Virus record (IMG/VR): IMGVR_UViG_3300037585_005926
Span: 1 to 64,000 of that record
Origin: an uncultured virus (IMG/VR IMGVR_UViG_3300037585_005926)
Taxonomy: Duplodnaviria; Heunggongvirae; Uroviricota; Caudoviricetes
Reading direction: 5' to 3' (one strand)
DNA: 64,000 bases
Part shown: positions 45,669 through 56,235 of the stretch, in pieces
Layout of the letters: the number at the start of each line of letters is the position of its first letter
How positions within the stretch are numbered: the first letter of the stretch is position 1
Made by a program: the position numbers and the translations under genes
Notes under the pieces: model-generated
Told to the model about the DNA's origin: nothing
What the model saw: only the letters and a program-made list of their open reading frames with translations
Database searches by the model: none

Positions 45669-46557
45669 TGTACTTTTGAATGAAACAATGTTTGTCATAG
45701 GTTCGGGCCCGAGCTTGAACGCTATCGATATCAAAAAATTAGAGGGTCTTCATACTATTTCCTTGAATCGGCAGTATATTGCCTATGAAGACTGGGGCTT
45801 TTGGCCAAAATACCACGCTTGTATCGATATACGATTGATAAATACTATTTACGAATCAGATCTTCTTCCAATGATGTTAAGCCCGGAATGCGAAATTGAG
45901 AGATTTTTCATCTATGGCTGCAGCAATCTTGAAGTCCCGGAGGACGTCGCTGCACACTATAACATTCAAGCAGGGGCGCTTCCGGAAAAGCTCATATGGA
46001 TACCGGCGGTTGGTAGTACATTCCGGACCCCCGCTCAGCGCACCAAGACTATTCCGAAGCTAGAAACATGCTATGTAGACCCAGAGCTAGCGCGGGAAAG
46101 ACTGAGCACACATCTTCGGGATCCAAATGATCCGTATTCATGCTTAGAGCACTTTGGTATCTCCGGAGCCTGGTCAGTAACATTAGCTCGCAGCTTGGGG
46201 TATAAAAGAGTTGTCGTCTTGGGCATCGATGCCAACTACGTTCCCCGTGTCGAATCAATTAGTGCTGGAAGAGACCTCAACCACTTTCACAAAAATTATT
46301 TTGATGTAGATACTTTTGTATATCAAGTTAACTTCGGGCCGGCCACCGGCTACTTAGAACCATGGAAAATAATGGCCACCGGCACTGGCCTCAATGACCA
46401 GCCCGTTTCTTGCGGATCGCCAGATGCGGCCCATGTTTGCGCCGATGAGACCATTGAGGTAATTTCATCTTCGCCAGGCTCACCTATTAATGAGTGGTTT
46501 GAATATATTGATTTTAATAAATTGTTGGAAAGCTATGAGGCAGAAGATGAATATTGA
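45658..46557 (+). CDS. Maf/DUF115-like or GT-A-like transferase
   Basis: IGSGPSL, SLNR, YHACID, VVVLGIDANY, NHFHKNYF. Confidence 0.55.
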   Translation: MKDNVLLNETMFVIGSGPSLNAIDIKKLEGLHTISLNRQYIAYEDWGFWPKYHACIDIRLINTIYESDLLPMMLSPECEIERFFIYGCSNLEVPEDVAAHYNIQAGALPEKLIWIPAVGSTFRTPAQRTKTIPKLETCYVDPELARERLSTHLRDPNDPYSCLEHFGISGAWSVTLARSLGYKRVVVLGIDANYVPRVESISAGRDLNHFHKNYFDVDTFVYQVNFGPATGYLEPWKIMATGTGLNDQPVSCGSPDAAHVCADETIEVISSSPGSPINEWFEYIDFNKLLESYEAEDEY

Positions 46558-47269
46558 TTTTGCAAACCAAAATGTGCTGGTAACTGGTGGTACCCGCGGA
46601 ATAGGTAATCAAATTGCAAACGATTTCGCCAATTTAGGTGCACACGTTTTGATTACTGGCACGAAAAAACCAAAACAAAAGATACACCAAAACATACAAT
46701 TTGTTTCTGCGAATTTTCTGGATAACACTTCAACCGAAAACTTTATTAAAGAGATCTCTGAACAAACATTTGATGTCTGCGTTAACAATGCTGGCATTAA
46801 CAAGATTGATCCACTCTGCGAGGTCAAAGAGCAAGACTGGAATGACGTAATGAAAGTCAACCTCACAGCACCATTTTTGATACAGCAGGCTGTATGCAAG
46901 AACATGCTCAACCAGAGCTACGGAAAGATAGTCAATATCTCCTCTATATGGGGCACAGTCAGCATTCCGCACCGCGCCAGTTACTCTGCCAGCAAGTTCG
47001 GTCTACGAGGCCTCACGGCAGCCTCAGCGGCCGAACTGGCTCAACATAACATTTTGATCAACACTGTCTCGCCGGGGTTCACATTAACTGACCTGACCAA
47101 ACAAATCTTGGGTGAACAGGGTATTGAAGACTTGACAAAACAGATTCCAATGCGACGAATGGCTGAGGTGGATGAAATATCGAGAGTTGTACTGTTCATG
47201 TGCAGCAAACTCAATACATATATTTCTGGCCAGAATATCATTGTAGACGGCGGATTTGTAAATGTGTGA
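46547..47269 (+). CDS. short-chain dehydrogenase/reductase
   Basis: TGGTRGIG, VNNAG, NISS, YSASK, VSPG. Confidence 0.92.
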   Translation: MNIDFANQNVLVTGGTRGIGNQIANDFANLGAHVLITGTKKPKQKIHQNIQFVSANFLDNTSTENFIKEISEQTFDVCVNNAGINKIDPLCEVKEQDWNDVMKVNLTAPFLIQQAVCKNMLNQSYGKIVNISSIWGTVSIPHRASYSASKFGLRGLTAASAAELAQHNILINTVSPGFTLTDLTKQILGEQGIEDLTKQIPMRRMAEVDEISRVVLFMCSKLNTYISGQNIIVDGGFVNV

Positions 47270-48323
47270 CATCGAAACTATTGAAATTAAATCTTATAGA
47301 AGAAAATATAAAGTTATGTTTCAACAACTGTCGGAGAGCCTAGTTGAGAATGTTAAGGAAAAGTCTTTTTTGATAATCGATTCAAACGTAGACAAATACT
47401 TTCCCCTGTTTCGTTCAAGATTTGATGAACACAACATATTTGTTGTCGAAGCAAATGAACAAAATAAGACCTTGCAAACCTGCACGGCCCTTGTCGAAAG
47501 ACTTGTATCCCAGGGTTTTAAAAGAAATCATAAACTTATTGCTGTGGGCGGCGGTGTTGTCCAAGACATAACAGCGTTTACAGCATCAGTTCTATATCGT
47601 GGTGTTGAATGGAGATTCTTTCCCACGACTCTGTTGGCTCAAGCAGATAGCTGCATAGGCAGCAAGACATCCATCAACTTGGGCGAAACAAAGAACTTAT
47701 TAGGCACGTTTTATCCACCAGCGGAGATCTATTGTTGCCCTGAGTTTTTAGAAACGTTGCATGAGGACGACATCAAATCTGGCATCGGCGAGATATTCCA
47801 TTATTATTTAACAGCAGATAGCAACATGTCGAAAGAACTAGCAGAATCGTATGAATCGGTCATTAAACATCCGGCCCTCCGCTGCGCCAAGCACATTAGA
47901 GAAAGCCTCTCCATTAAAAAGAGAATGATTGAAAAGGATGAGTTTGATGAAGGCGAGAGAAAGATATTCAATTACGGTCACACTTTTGGTCACGCTATAG
48001 AAGCGATTAGTAGATACGAAGTAAGTCATGGCAATGCTGTTACATTAGGAATGGATATTGCTAACTATATTTCGTTGAAAAAAGGACTTATAGAGCAGGC
48101 CACATACGAACACCTGTTCGGGATGATTAAAAAAAATATACCAGACTATCGTTTAACCGAAGATAGGCTTCAAGACTATTTTACTTTTTTGTCAAAAGAC
48201 AAGAAGAACATTGACAATTCTTTAGTTTGTATATTACCATATGGGATCGGAGACATGAGAACAACTGCAATAGATGATATTGACAGTGTAAAAGATATAA
48301 TAAGAGAGTATTTTAACAAATGA
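47262..48323 (+). CDS. 3-dehydroquinate synthase-like sugar phosphate cyclase
   Basis: AVGGGVVQD, PTTLLAQADSCIGSK, NYGHTFGHAIE, HGNAV. Confidence 0.85.
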   Translation: MCDIETIEIKSYRRKYKVMFQQLSESLVENVKEKSFLIIDSNVDKYFPLFRSRFDEHNIFVVEANEQNKTLQTCTALVERLVSQGFKRNHKLIAVGGGVVQDITAFTASVLYRGVEWRFFPTTLLAQADSCIGSKTSINLGETKNLLGTFYPPAEIYCCPEFLETLHEDDIKSGIGEIFHYYLTADSNMSKELAESYESVIKHPALRCAKHIRESLSIKKRMIEKDEFDEGERKIFNYGHTFGHAIEAISRYEVSHGNAVTLGMDIANYISLKKGLIEQATYEHLFGMIKKNIPDYRLTEDRLQDYFTFLSKDKKNIDNSLVCILPYGIGDMRTTAIDDIDSVKDIIREYFNK

Positions 48324-49486
48324 GAAGTATAGCCCGTAGTAGTAAATTTGATATTAAGGTTGATTTTTCAAAAAGTCACGAATCTTATCTATTTGATAAA
48401 AACACCGATAGGGAGCTTTTAGATTTTTTTGGCATGTATGCGTCATTGCCTCTTGGTTACAATCACCCGATTTTCAAGTCAGATGAATTTATAGAAGAAT
48501 ACTTACGTGTAGCCAGTTTTAAAATAAATAACTGTGAGTTCACCTCCGACGAAACGCTGGAGTTTGACAGGGACTTTAAGCGATACGCTGGGGTCGACAT
48601 TTTTGAACATTTCCACTATTCTTGCACCGGTGCGCTAGCCGTTGAAGCGGCAATTAAAACATGCATAGATTATAAGCGCCACACAAGCCCATTGATCTTA
48701 TCGTTCGATAACAGTTTCCATGGAATCAATAGTTACGGAGGCTTTGTGACCTCTCGATTTCCTGGCGCCGATACGCGCTTGGATGGATATCCATCTGTCT
48801 TTTCTAAAAAGATTCCCTGCAATCTAGAGAATGTTGAAGAAGAAATGCGCACTGGTAAAATAACTTGTGTATTAGTCGAACCAATTCAATGTAGCGCTGG
48901 AGATATCTATCATGATAACCAATTCTTTAATGGTTTGCGTACTCTTTGCAATGTATATGACGTCCCACTAGTGTTTGATGAGATACAGATTGGTTTTGGT
49001 GGCACAGGCAAAGTGTGGTACTTCCAGCATCTTGATATAGTGCCTGACATCGTTATCTTTGGAAAGAAGACACAGTTGTCGGGAATCATGGCACAAGAAA
49101 AATACGGAGAAATATTTAATCCAAAGAACAGTATCAGATTAGAGGTGACATGGGACGGCGATGTGGCCGATATGGTAAGGTGTAAATACATCATGAAGGC
49201 ATATGAAAAAAACAATATACTGGACAATGTCAACAAGCAGAGTAAGGCCATAATGGGCGGGTTGTCCGACATAGAGGAGATACTAAATTTGAGAAATTGT
49301 GGATTAATTATAGGATTTGATTTGCCAAACTCTCAAAAGCGTGATATAGTAGTAGACAAGTTGTATAAAAACGGCTTAATTTGCAACAAAACCGGTCAAA
49401 AATCTGTTAGATTTAGACCAAATTTGAATGTAAATGAAAAAGAAATAGACCATGCGTTACAAATTATAAAGGAAACAATAAAGTAA
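48320..49486 (+). CDS. class III PLP aminotransferase
   Basis: LGYNHP, GALAVEAAIK, SFHG, VEPIQ, FDEIQIGFG, FGKK. Confidence 0.88.
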   Translation: MRSIARSSKFDIKVDFSKSHESYLFDKNTDRELLDFFGMYASLPLGYNHPIFKSDEFIEEYLRVASFKINNCEFTSDETLEFDRDFKRYAGVDIFEHFHYSCTGALAVEAAIKTCIDYKRHTSPLILSFDNSFHGINSYGGFVTSRFPGADTRLDGYPSVFSKKIPCNLENVEEEMRTGKITCVLVEPIQCSAGDIYHDNQFFNGLRTLCNVYDVPLVFDEIQIGFGGTGKVWYFQHLDIVPDIVIFGKKTQLSGIMAQEKYGEIFNPKNSIRLEVTWDGDVADMVRCKYIMKAYEKNNILDNVNKQSKAIMGGLSDIEEILNLRNCGLIIGFDLPNSQKRDIVVDKLYKNGLICNKTGQKSVRFRPNLNVNEKEIDHALQIIKETIK

Positions 49487-50095
49487 ATGTTAATTAATTT
49501 TGAGAATATTGAAGAAAAATGCCACACGGCAGCCTCATCGGCTGAGTATGCGATACTCGCCGAGAAAGTGAGCAAAGTAAAAAAGATCTTTTTGATTGGA
49601 AATGGTGGCTTGCACTACGTAGCGAGCCATATGGCGACCGATTTATCGCGACTGATACCGGATAAGGCTGTATATTCATTTGATAGTGTCGGGTTTATCA
49701 CATCCAACGCCAACGATCATGGGTATGACAAGATCTTTATTAGATGGCTAGAAACTATTGCCAATGGTGTTGAAAGACCGGAGGAGTGCTTAATTATAGG
49801 ACTCTCTTGTTCGGGCAATTCGGGCAATGTTATCGATGCCCTACATTGGGCTGACGATACTGGCTATGAGACATTTATGGTTAGCGGTCAAACGTCTGAT
49901 GTTTTGCGCAAAGGCGTGGATGAATTATCCCTTGATTGTGAATTTTTCCACACTGTCGAAGTAATGTGTCTAATGATATTCTATGATCTTATTCACCGTA
50001 CAGGCAATCACTGTCCGTCTATTCGACAAGAAAAAGACAGACTGACAGACTCCCCTCTTCGCAAATCGAAGGAGGAAAATTGGGAACCCCTATAG
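49487..50095 (+). CDS. SIS-domain sugar isomerase (GmhA-like)
   Basis: IGNGG...ASHMATD, ANDHGY, GLSCSGNS. Confidence 0.8.
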   Translation: MLINFENIEEKCHTAASSAEYAILAEKVSKVKKIFLIGNGGLHYVASHMATDLSRLIPDKAVYSFDSVGFITSNANDHGYDKIFIRWLETIANGVERPEECLIIGLSCSGNSGNVIDALHWADDTGYETFMVSGQTSDVLRKGVDELSLDCEFFHTVEVMCLMIFYDLIHRTGNHCPSIRQEKDRLTDSPLRKSKEENWEPL

Positions 50096-51195
50096 ACAAG
50101 ATTTGCTGTGTTATATACCATACAGGAGAGATGTATAAGAAAATAGCATCCAATGCAGTCAACAGCTTTAAGAAATATCACCCAGATATACAACTATTTG
50201 AGGTGACAGATGACAACATTAGTGATTACCATTTTTCTAAAAACATAAACTTTTCTATTGATGGCATCGAAACCGAAATAGATATCGGCGCAAGAAAATT
50301 TTTCATCGCCGCTGAACTAATGAAGCTTCGCGGTTACAAGAAAGTTATCTGTTTAGGTGCTGACACCATAACGACCGCAAGACTCACGGAGTTTATAGAA
50401 ACACCCGCGGGAATAGCTGTTACCAGTGACTATCCTGACGCAAATGCTTTTCCTTGGGAACACAACGGAAACATGGTTTTGGGGCAGCCGGCTTGTATTA
50501 ATAAAGATCCAAATGCTGCAGGGACCCCAATAGCAGATTTTCATAAAATATACGAAGAGTCTTACAAGAACAATACCTTAGTCGCAGATGTCGCCTATGT
50601 TAATGCAGACGTTGTCTGTTTCAACTCACAAGAAATATTAGAGGAAGTATGTAAAATATGGTATAAATATCGGGCCATAACATTGATCCCAAAATATAGA
50701 TTCCGACTGGCACATGAAGTTGGTGCGTACGACCTTGATATGCCCCAATCAGAGATAAATCTTATTAGAAGTAAGCTGTCAGAAATCAAATCACCGAATG
50801 CTTGGGATCCGACATCCCAGACTGCGATGGTGACTCGGTACCATTATCTTTCGGAACAAGCCGCGTTAAACATCTTCGTTGCACCACACACGCAGCAGCC
50901 CGGGGTCATTCAATTTGTTGACCTGCCTGTTCTTAAAAAAGGAGTTTGTTATAATGTTCGTAGCAAGGGCACCGTAAGTCACTCTAACAAGAATTTAAAA
51001 GATTTTTATGTTAAAGATGGTCATCTATTTAATCACACCCACAATCAAATAAAGGTTTGGCATTACTGTGCGTCTCTATCTTCGAGTCCCAAGGGATTTG
51101 AGGGCACCCTAAAAGAGATAAATGATTCTTTTAGCGATGAGGTAAAACAATATTTTGCTAATGAATGCAACTGTGAGAATTACTTTAATGTATAA
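50080..51195 (+). CDS. putative GT-A (GT8-like) glycosyltransferase
   Basis: AVNSFKKYHPD, VICLGAD, YVNADV, EQAALN, HYC; GGAGG upstream of TTG. Confidence 0.55.
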   Translation: MGTPIDKICCVIYHTGEMYKKIASNAVNSFKKYHPDIQLFEVTDDNISDYHFSKNINFSIDGIETEIDIGARKFFIAAELMKLRGYKKVICLGADTITTARLTEFIETPAGIAVTSDYPDANAFPWEHNGNMVLGQPACINKDPNAAGTPIADFHKIYEESYKNNTLVADVAYVNADVVCFNSQEILEEVCKIWYKYRAITLIPKYRFRLAHEVGAYDLDMPQSEINLIRSKLSEIKSPNAWDPTSQTAMVTRYHYLSEQAALNIFVAPHTQQPGVIQFVDLPVLKKGVCYNVRSKGTVSHSNKNLKDFYVKDGHLFNHTHNQIKVWHYCASLSSSPKGFEGTLKEINDSFSDEVKQYFANECNCENYFNV

Positions 51196-52096
51196 CAACG
51201 TGCTAGTAACTGGCGGATCGGGATTCTTGGGAAAAAGGTTATCTATAGTCAGACCACAATGGACATACCTGTCATCGAAAGACTGCGATCTCACCAGTAC
51301 AACCCAAGTTAAAGAACTATATGGGGATCTTAAACCAGACGCAGTTCTTCATCTCGCTGCCCGCGTCGGTGGAATAAAAGATAATATTAAAAACCAGGCT
51401 GAGTTTTTCTATAATAATACGATGATGAACACAAACATAATCAATGAAGCTTATGAAGCAGGCATTGAGCGTGTTCTCTCATCCTTGAGCACTTGCGCCT
51501 TCCCAGAAGATATAGCAGCCTTCCCATTTACTGAGAGAGACTTTTTTAATGGACCGCCGACCGAGACAAACTTTTCATATGGAATGACAAAAAGAATGCT
51601 CCAGGTTGGTAGTCGGGCGTATAGAAATCAGTGTGGAATGAACTATTCTACATTCTGTCCGTCTAATCTTTATGGGCCAGACGATCATTTTGGAAAGGAA
51701 TCGTCACACTTTGTAGCAGCCTTGATTCACAAGGTATACACAGCCACAGAGGGCTCTGAAATAGATTTGTGGGGCACCGGCCTACCGATGAGGCAACAAC
51801 TGTATGTGGACGATTTATGTGCCATTCTGCCTGTACTCCTAGAGGTACACAATACAGAAGTCCCACTGATTGTAGCACCGAAAGAAAACTTATCCATATT
51901 AGAGATGGCTAGAACTTTGGTTGAACAAGCCGGCAAAAATGTGAGATTATCTTTTAATGGAAACATGGACGGCCAATTTCGAAAAGATGGGAACAACGAA
52001 GAACTGATGAAACTAATCGGCTCTTTCAATTTTACAACTTTTAAGGAAGGTGTGACCAAAACTTATAAATGGTATTCGGAGAATCAAAATGAGTAA
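51188..52096 (+). CDS. fcl: GDP-L-fucose synthase
   Basis: [46 protein letters not shown]. Confidence 0.88.
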   Translation: MYNNVLVTGGSGFLGKRLSIVRPQWTYLSSKDCDLTSTTQVKELYGDLKPDAVLHLAARVGGIKDNIKNQAEFFYNNTMMNTNIINEAYEAGIERVLSSLSTCAFPEDIAAFPFTERDFFNGPPTETNFSYGMTKRMLQVGSRAYRNQCGMNYSTFCPSNLYGPDDHFGKESSHFVAALIHKVYTATEGSEIDLWGTGLPMRQQLYVDDLCAILPVLLEVHNTEVPLIVAPKENLSILEMARTLVEQAGKNVRLSFNGNMDGQFRKDGNNEELMKLIGSFNFTTFKEGVTKTYKWYSENQNE

Positions 52097-53081
52097 CAAA
52101 CAAAAAACAGCTTTAGTAACAGGTGTAACGGGTCAAGATGGTTCTTATCTCGTAGATCTGTTATTGGAAAAAGGATATAACGTGGTGGGAGTAAAGAGAA
52201 GAACTTCCCTCATTAGCACCGACCGCATCGATCACATTTTTAATGATGTAGATAAGATACAGAACTTCACGCTAGCATACGGAAACATGATCGATGCCGG
52301 CAATATGTATCGATTACTAAATCAGTACAAGCCAGATGAGATTTATAATCTTGCAGCCCAGTCACACGTCAGGGTTTCCTTTGACACACCGGAAGAAACA
52401 TCAGATATCGTTGCCATGGGTACCTTGCGTTTGCTTGAGGCCGTGCGCTCTGTCTGTCCGGAATCTAGATTTTATCAAGCCTCATCGTCTGAGATGTTTG
52501 GAGACAATCCCGAAAATCCACAAAGCGAGACAACACGATTGATGCCGGCAAGCCCCTACGCTTGCGCAAAAGTGTTCGCACACAACTTGTGTCGCAATTA
52601 TCGCGAGAGTTATGGCATGCACATTTCCAGCGGCATTTTGTTCAATCATGAATCTCCCAGAAGAGGAGAGACCTTTGTTACACGTAAGATAACAAAGGCT
52701 GCAGCAAACATTAGGCTTGGCCGCCAAGACAAGCTTTACCTAGGAAATTTAGATGCTAAGCGCGATTGGGGGTTTGCTGGAGACTACGTGGACGCCATGT
52801 GGCGTATGACACAACAAGATACCCCTGATGACTATGTTGTGGCAACAGGCGAGACACACACTGTAAAAGAGTTTTTACATGAGGTGTTTGATTACGCCGG
52901 CCTCAATGTGGATGAACACGTGGAAATAGACACAAGACTATACCGACCACATGAAGTGCCATTGTTATTGGGTGATCCATCTAAGGCGAAAGAAAAGCTG
53001 GACTGGGAACCAACAATCAGATTTAAAGGCCTCGCAAGAATGATGTACGACGCCGATCTCAAGAGCCTCGCTAAATCATAA
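52089..53081 (+). CDS. gmd: GDP-mannose 4,6-dehydratase
   Basis: [47 protein letters not shown]. Confidence 0.95.
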   Translation: MSNKQKTALVTGVTGQDGSYLVDLLLEKGYNVVGVKRRTSLISTDRIDHIFNDVDKIQNFTLAYGNMIDAGNMYRLLNQYKPDEIYNLAAQSHVRVSFDTPEETSDIVAMGTLRLLEAVRSVCPESRFYQASSSEMFGDNPENPQSETTRLMPASPYACAKVFAHNLCRNYRESYGMHISSGILFNHESPRRGETFVTRKITKAAANIRLGRQDKLYLGNLDAKRDWGFAGDYVDAMWRMTQQDTPDDYVVATGETHTVKEFLHEVFDYAGLNVDEHVEIDTRLYRPHEVPLLLGDPSKAKEKLDWEPTIRFKGLARMMYDADLKSLAKS

Positions 53082-53082
53082 T

Positions 53083-53310
53083 ATGCGTATTGGCTCACTT
53101 ATACAATGGCAAGAGCCCTACAACGATGATCCGAGCCTTATTAAAGACGCCGGCCTGGGTATAGTTATGAAGATAAAAGAACACGTATACAGCCCAGGAA
53201 GCTCAACAGGCTTCTGTGAGGAGCTAAAATATACTGTTTTTGACGTATACAGAAACAAATTTAATGATATAATAACATTAAGCGAAGATTATATATCGCT
53301 AAAGGAATAA
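53083..53310 (+). CDS. VGDLV-family small protein
   Basis: MRIGSLIQW...LGIVMK. Confidence 0.6.
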   Translation: MRIGSLIQWQEPYNDDPSLIKDAGLGIVMKIKEHVYSPGSSTGFCEELKYTVFDVYRNKFNDIITLSEDYISLKE

Positions 53311-53312
53311 AA

Positions 53313-53519
53313 ATGCAATTATCAAACCAAGCACTCGGTGCTATCATGATGGCTCTTCAAGAATCGCTACTTAATGAATTGGACATTGTCCCGATTTTAA
53401 GTGGCTTTAAGCTTTTTGAAACCGATGAGGGACTCATTGTTGAAAACCCGCCTACGGTGCGTGTCTCTGACAATGCAGAAATCTCCAACCAAGATTTAGA
53501 AGAAATGGCGAAGCGATAG
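53313..53519 (+). CDS. hypothetical protein
   Basis: AAGGA upstream. Confidence 0.7.
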   Translation: MQLSNQALGAIMMALQESLLNELDIVPILSGFKLFETDEGLIVENPPTVRVSDNAEISNQDLEEMAKR

Positions 53520-53785
53520 TGCCGATATTCAAGTATAACTGCGGGAACTGTAATGAGACAGTCACAGTTATGCATGCTTCGGGCGCCTATATCACCGATT
53601 GTGACAAGTGTGAAACAGAAAATAGTCTGACTAGATTACTGAACAAGCCTTTCATCAACAAGAAAGTGAAAAATAATGACACCGAAAATACCGGTGAACT
53701 TACAAAAAAGTATATTGAAGATAATAGAGATATTTTGGAACAACAAAAGAAAGAAATAAAGAATAGAACGTATGACAAGTCTTGA
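53519..53785 (+). CDS. FmdB-family zinc ribbon protein
   Basis: MPIFKYNCGNC...CDKC...LTRL. Confidence 0.8.
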   Translation: MPIFKYNCGNCNETVTVMHASGAYITDCDKCETENSLTRLLNKPFINKKVKNNDTENTGELTKKYIEDNRDILEQQKKEIKNRTYDKS

Positions 53786-54104
53786 AGTAACATTATCTAT
53801 TATACTTTTTATATCGTTGGTGTTTAGCACCGGCGTAGTATTATATGCGAGAGCGGCCATTGTCAAGCTTCTAAGCATCTCTGAGGAGATGCATGATCTT
53901 AAAGAAATGGTTGATGCTCTTGCTGCACACCTTGAAGGTGTATATGAGCTTGAAATGTTCTATGGTGACGAAACTCTCGGTGCCCTAATGGAACATGCAA
54001 GGTCCTTCAATAAACAGTTGGAGACCTTCGAATATATTTATGGACTAATAGAAGAAGATGCAGAAGATACAGAAACCCCCGCCGACGAAGAAGAAACGTC
54101 GTAA
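53772..54104 (+). CDS. membrane-anchored hypothetical protein
   Basis: N-terminal hydrophobic helix, acidic tail. Confidence 0.65.
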   Translation: MTSLEVTLSIILFISLVFSTGVVLYARAAIVKLLSISEEMHDLKEMVDALAAHLEGVYELEMFYGDETLGALMEHARSFNKQLETFEYIYGLIEEDAEDTETPADEEETS

Positions 54105-54771
54105 GAAGAATCACTACTTTACAAAAGATCATGAGAATGCCATTATTAGGTATTCTAATACTGAATGTATAAGAGAGCGAACAGATTTATATGTCAATTG
54201 GATTGGCCCAGCTTTTAACGAAATGGTTGATAAGATTGTCTTTACTTATAAATTTACAAATTTGCCAAACATCGACTCGCTAAGAGACGAGTGTAAAATT
54301 TGGCTGATGACAATATTGGACAAGTACGATCCCTCTAAGGGGTCGAAAGCTTTTTCTTACTTTTCAGTTATAACTAAAAACTGGTTTATTCACAAAGTAA
54401 AGAAGCAACAGCGCAAGAATAAAACAGAGGTAAACTTTGACAATCTTGCCAAGAATTATGAAGAGCAATATCTGTCAACAAATGAATCTTATGTAACCGA
54501 ACGGGAAGAAAACGAGTTTTGGAATCATTTTTATAAAGAACTAAAATCGTGGGACGCTTCTCAGATGAAAGAAAATGATTTGAAAGTGTATCAGGCGATA
54601 GTCGTTCTTTTCGATTCAAAAGAAGATATACAAATTTTTAATAAAAAAGCTATTTATCTGTACCTGCGTGAAATCACTGGCTTAAACACTAAGCAAATAG
54701 TGAATTCACTAAAGAAGTTTAAGAAAAAGTATTACTTCTTTACACAGAACTGGAACAATGGTGCATTATGA
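54058..54771 (+). CDS. phage late-transcription sigma factor (T4 gp55-like)
   Basis: NHYFTK, DSLRDEC, LDKYDPSKGSKAFSYFSVITKNWFI (sigma region 2 only). Confidence 0.75.
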   Translation: MQKIQKPPPTKKKRRKKNHYFTKDHENAIIRYSNTECIRERTDLYVNWIGPAFNEMVDKIVFTYKFTNLPNIDSLRDECKIWLMTILDKYDPSKGSKAFSYFSVITKNWFIHKVKKQQRKNKTEVNFDNLAKNYEEQYLSTNESYVTEREENEFWNHFYKELKSWDASQMKENDLKVYQAIVVLFDSKEDIQIFNKKAIYLYLREITGLNTKQIVNSLKKFKKKYYFFTQNWNNGAL

Positions 54772-55067
54772 AAAACAACGACATAGATTCATTAGTAAAT
54801 GAAGCGTTAGGTAACATAAGAGACGATCGCAAAGCTGCCCGCGAATTTTTAAATGAGATCGCGAATAAAATTGTGACTGAGCCAGATCAGAATAAATACC
54901 TAAGCCCAGTAGCAGCAAAGCATATAGAGACGATGCAGCGGTCAAACGAGCAGCTTGTTAAAATTATTTCTATTCAAAAGAAAGATCAAGTGGCATCGTT
55001 TGAACTGTCCGATGAAGACAAAGACAGCATATTCAATTTGATTCAGGGTGAACCTGCAGATGTCTAA
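54768..55067 (+). CDS. hypothetical protein
   Basis: ATGA overlap with the sigma gene. Confidence 0.7.
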   Translation: MKNNDIDSLVNEALGNIRDDRKAAREFLNEIANKIVTEPDQNKYLSPVAAKHIETMQRSNEQLVKIISIQKKDQVASFELSDEDKDSIFNLIQGEPADV

Positions 55068-56190
55068 CGAACTTTTACCGTTTGAGGCACTTACGATCCG
55101 CGGAGGCATTATCGAAACGGTCGCCGCGGCAACCAGAAAGGGCGCCATAAAAAGTGACGTTTACGAGGGCAAGGATCAGTTTATCGCAGTTATCTTAAGC
55201 GAACTCACACCAACCGGATTCACTGACAAAGAAGTGGCTGGAACGTCCGGCACAACTGCCCCGGATAGTATTGCCGGCGACAAAGGTGCCATTTACGGAT
55301 TTAAGGTGAGAATCATATCGGCAGACTCGCCTCACGCTTTTTTGCCCGAACCGTGCCAGGACAGTAAAAATGAGCAGATAAACTCGATGATCAAAAATAT
55401 GCATACAACAGCGCTCAGTCGCGAGTCAAACTATGCGCCGGGCCAAGAAGTTTACGTGCAGTTGGAGAAAGTAGATTTTTCGTACAACTTAGATAGTTGT
55501 TGGATTATCGGCCCATCCAACTCTGGTACCTTGTCAAAACAAGGGACTAACCTAGACTGTCTGACCTCTAAGGATGCCTTTGGCAATAAGAGAATTACTG
55601 AATACAATATAGAACTCTCAAAAGAAGGCAAAGTGGGCGGCCCATCCACAGCCGCAGATATAAACGCAGCTTATCCAGCCGCCGCAGCAGTCCCTGGCTT
55701 GGCAGAAAAAATCGTGCAAGTAGCAAACAGCGTAGGTATTCCAGATCCTGGCTGGTTAGCTAACTTGATTAACTTTGAGAGCGGATTCGACGAGACCAAA
55801 CAAAACGAGCGCGGCAGTGATTGTTGGGGACTTATTCAATTTTGCCGTACCTCCGGCGCCAAAGAAGTTGGAGCTATTTGGAAGGCCGGCGAGAGACCGC
55901 CTGACGATTTTTTGAATAACGGCCCAGTCGCACAGATGGATTATGTGGAGAAATATCTTCTCGGAGCTAAAGGAGAATATAAGACGATACAAGATGTATA
56001 TGCAAGAGTGTTTTTCCCAATTTCTATGAAACATGGAGATGACTTTAGCATTTACGAATGGTACGTGGAAAACAAGGGTCAAGCCGCGGCCGATAGATAC
56101 CTACGTCAAAATCCCGGGATTGTCTACAAGGGCGATTACATAGGTAAAGCAAACGGCAAGGCAAAACTTCCCACAAGGTTGTCTTCATAA
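55060..56190 (+). CDS. baseplate hub-like protein with C-terminal lysozyme-like (lytic transglycosylase) domain
   Basis: LINFESGF, WGLIQF, QMDYVEKYL; N-terminus could be OB-fold-like. Confidence 0.7.
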   Translation: MSNELLPFEALTIRGGIIETVAAATRKGAIKSDVYEGKDQFIAVILSELTPTGFTDKEVAGTSGTTAPDSIAGDKGAIYGFKVRIISADSPHAFLPEPCQDSKNEQINSMIKNMHTTALSRESNYAPGQEVYVQLEKVDFSYNLDSCWIIGPSNSGTLSKQGTNLDCLTSKDAFGNKRITEYNIELSKEGKVGGPSTAADINAAYPAAAAVPGLAEKIVQVANSVGIPDPGWLANLINFESGFDETKQNERGSDCWGLIQFCRTSGAKEVGAIWKAGERPPDDFLNNGPVAQMDYVEKYLLGAKGEYKTIQDVYARVFFPISMKHGDDFSIYEWYVENKGQAAADRYLRQNPGIVYKGDYIGKANGKAKLPTRLSS

Positions 56191-56235
56191 ATAACCTAAA
56201 GCACGACTGAGCACACGGAATAAACAGGAAAGTAG

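Noticed and set aside
47262..48323. aroB for the shikimate pathway
   Set aside because: No other aro genes and it is embedded in a glycan locus, so no gene symbol was assigned
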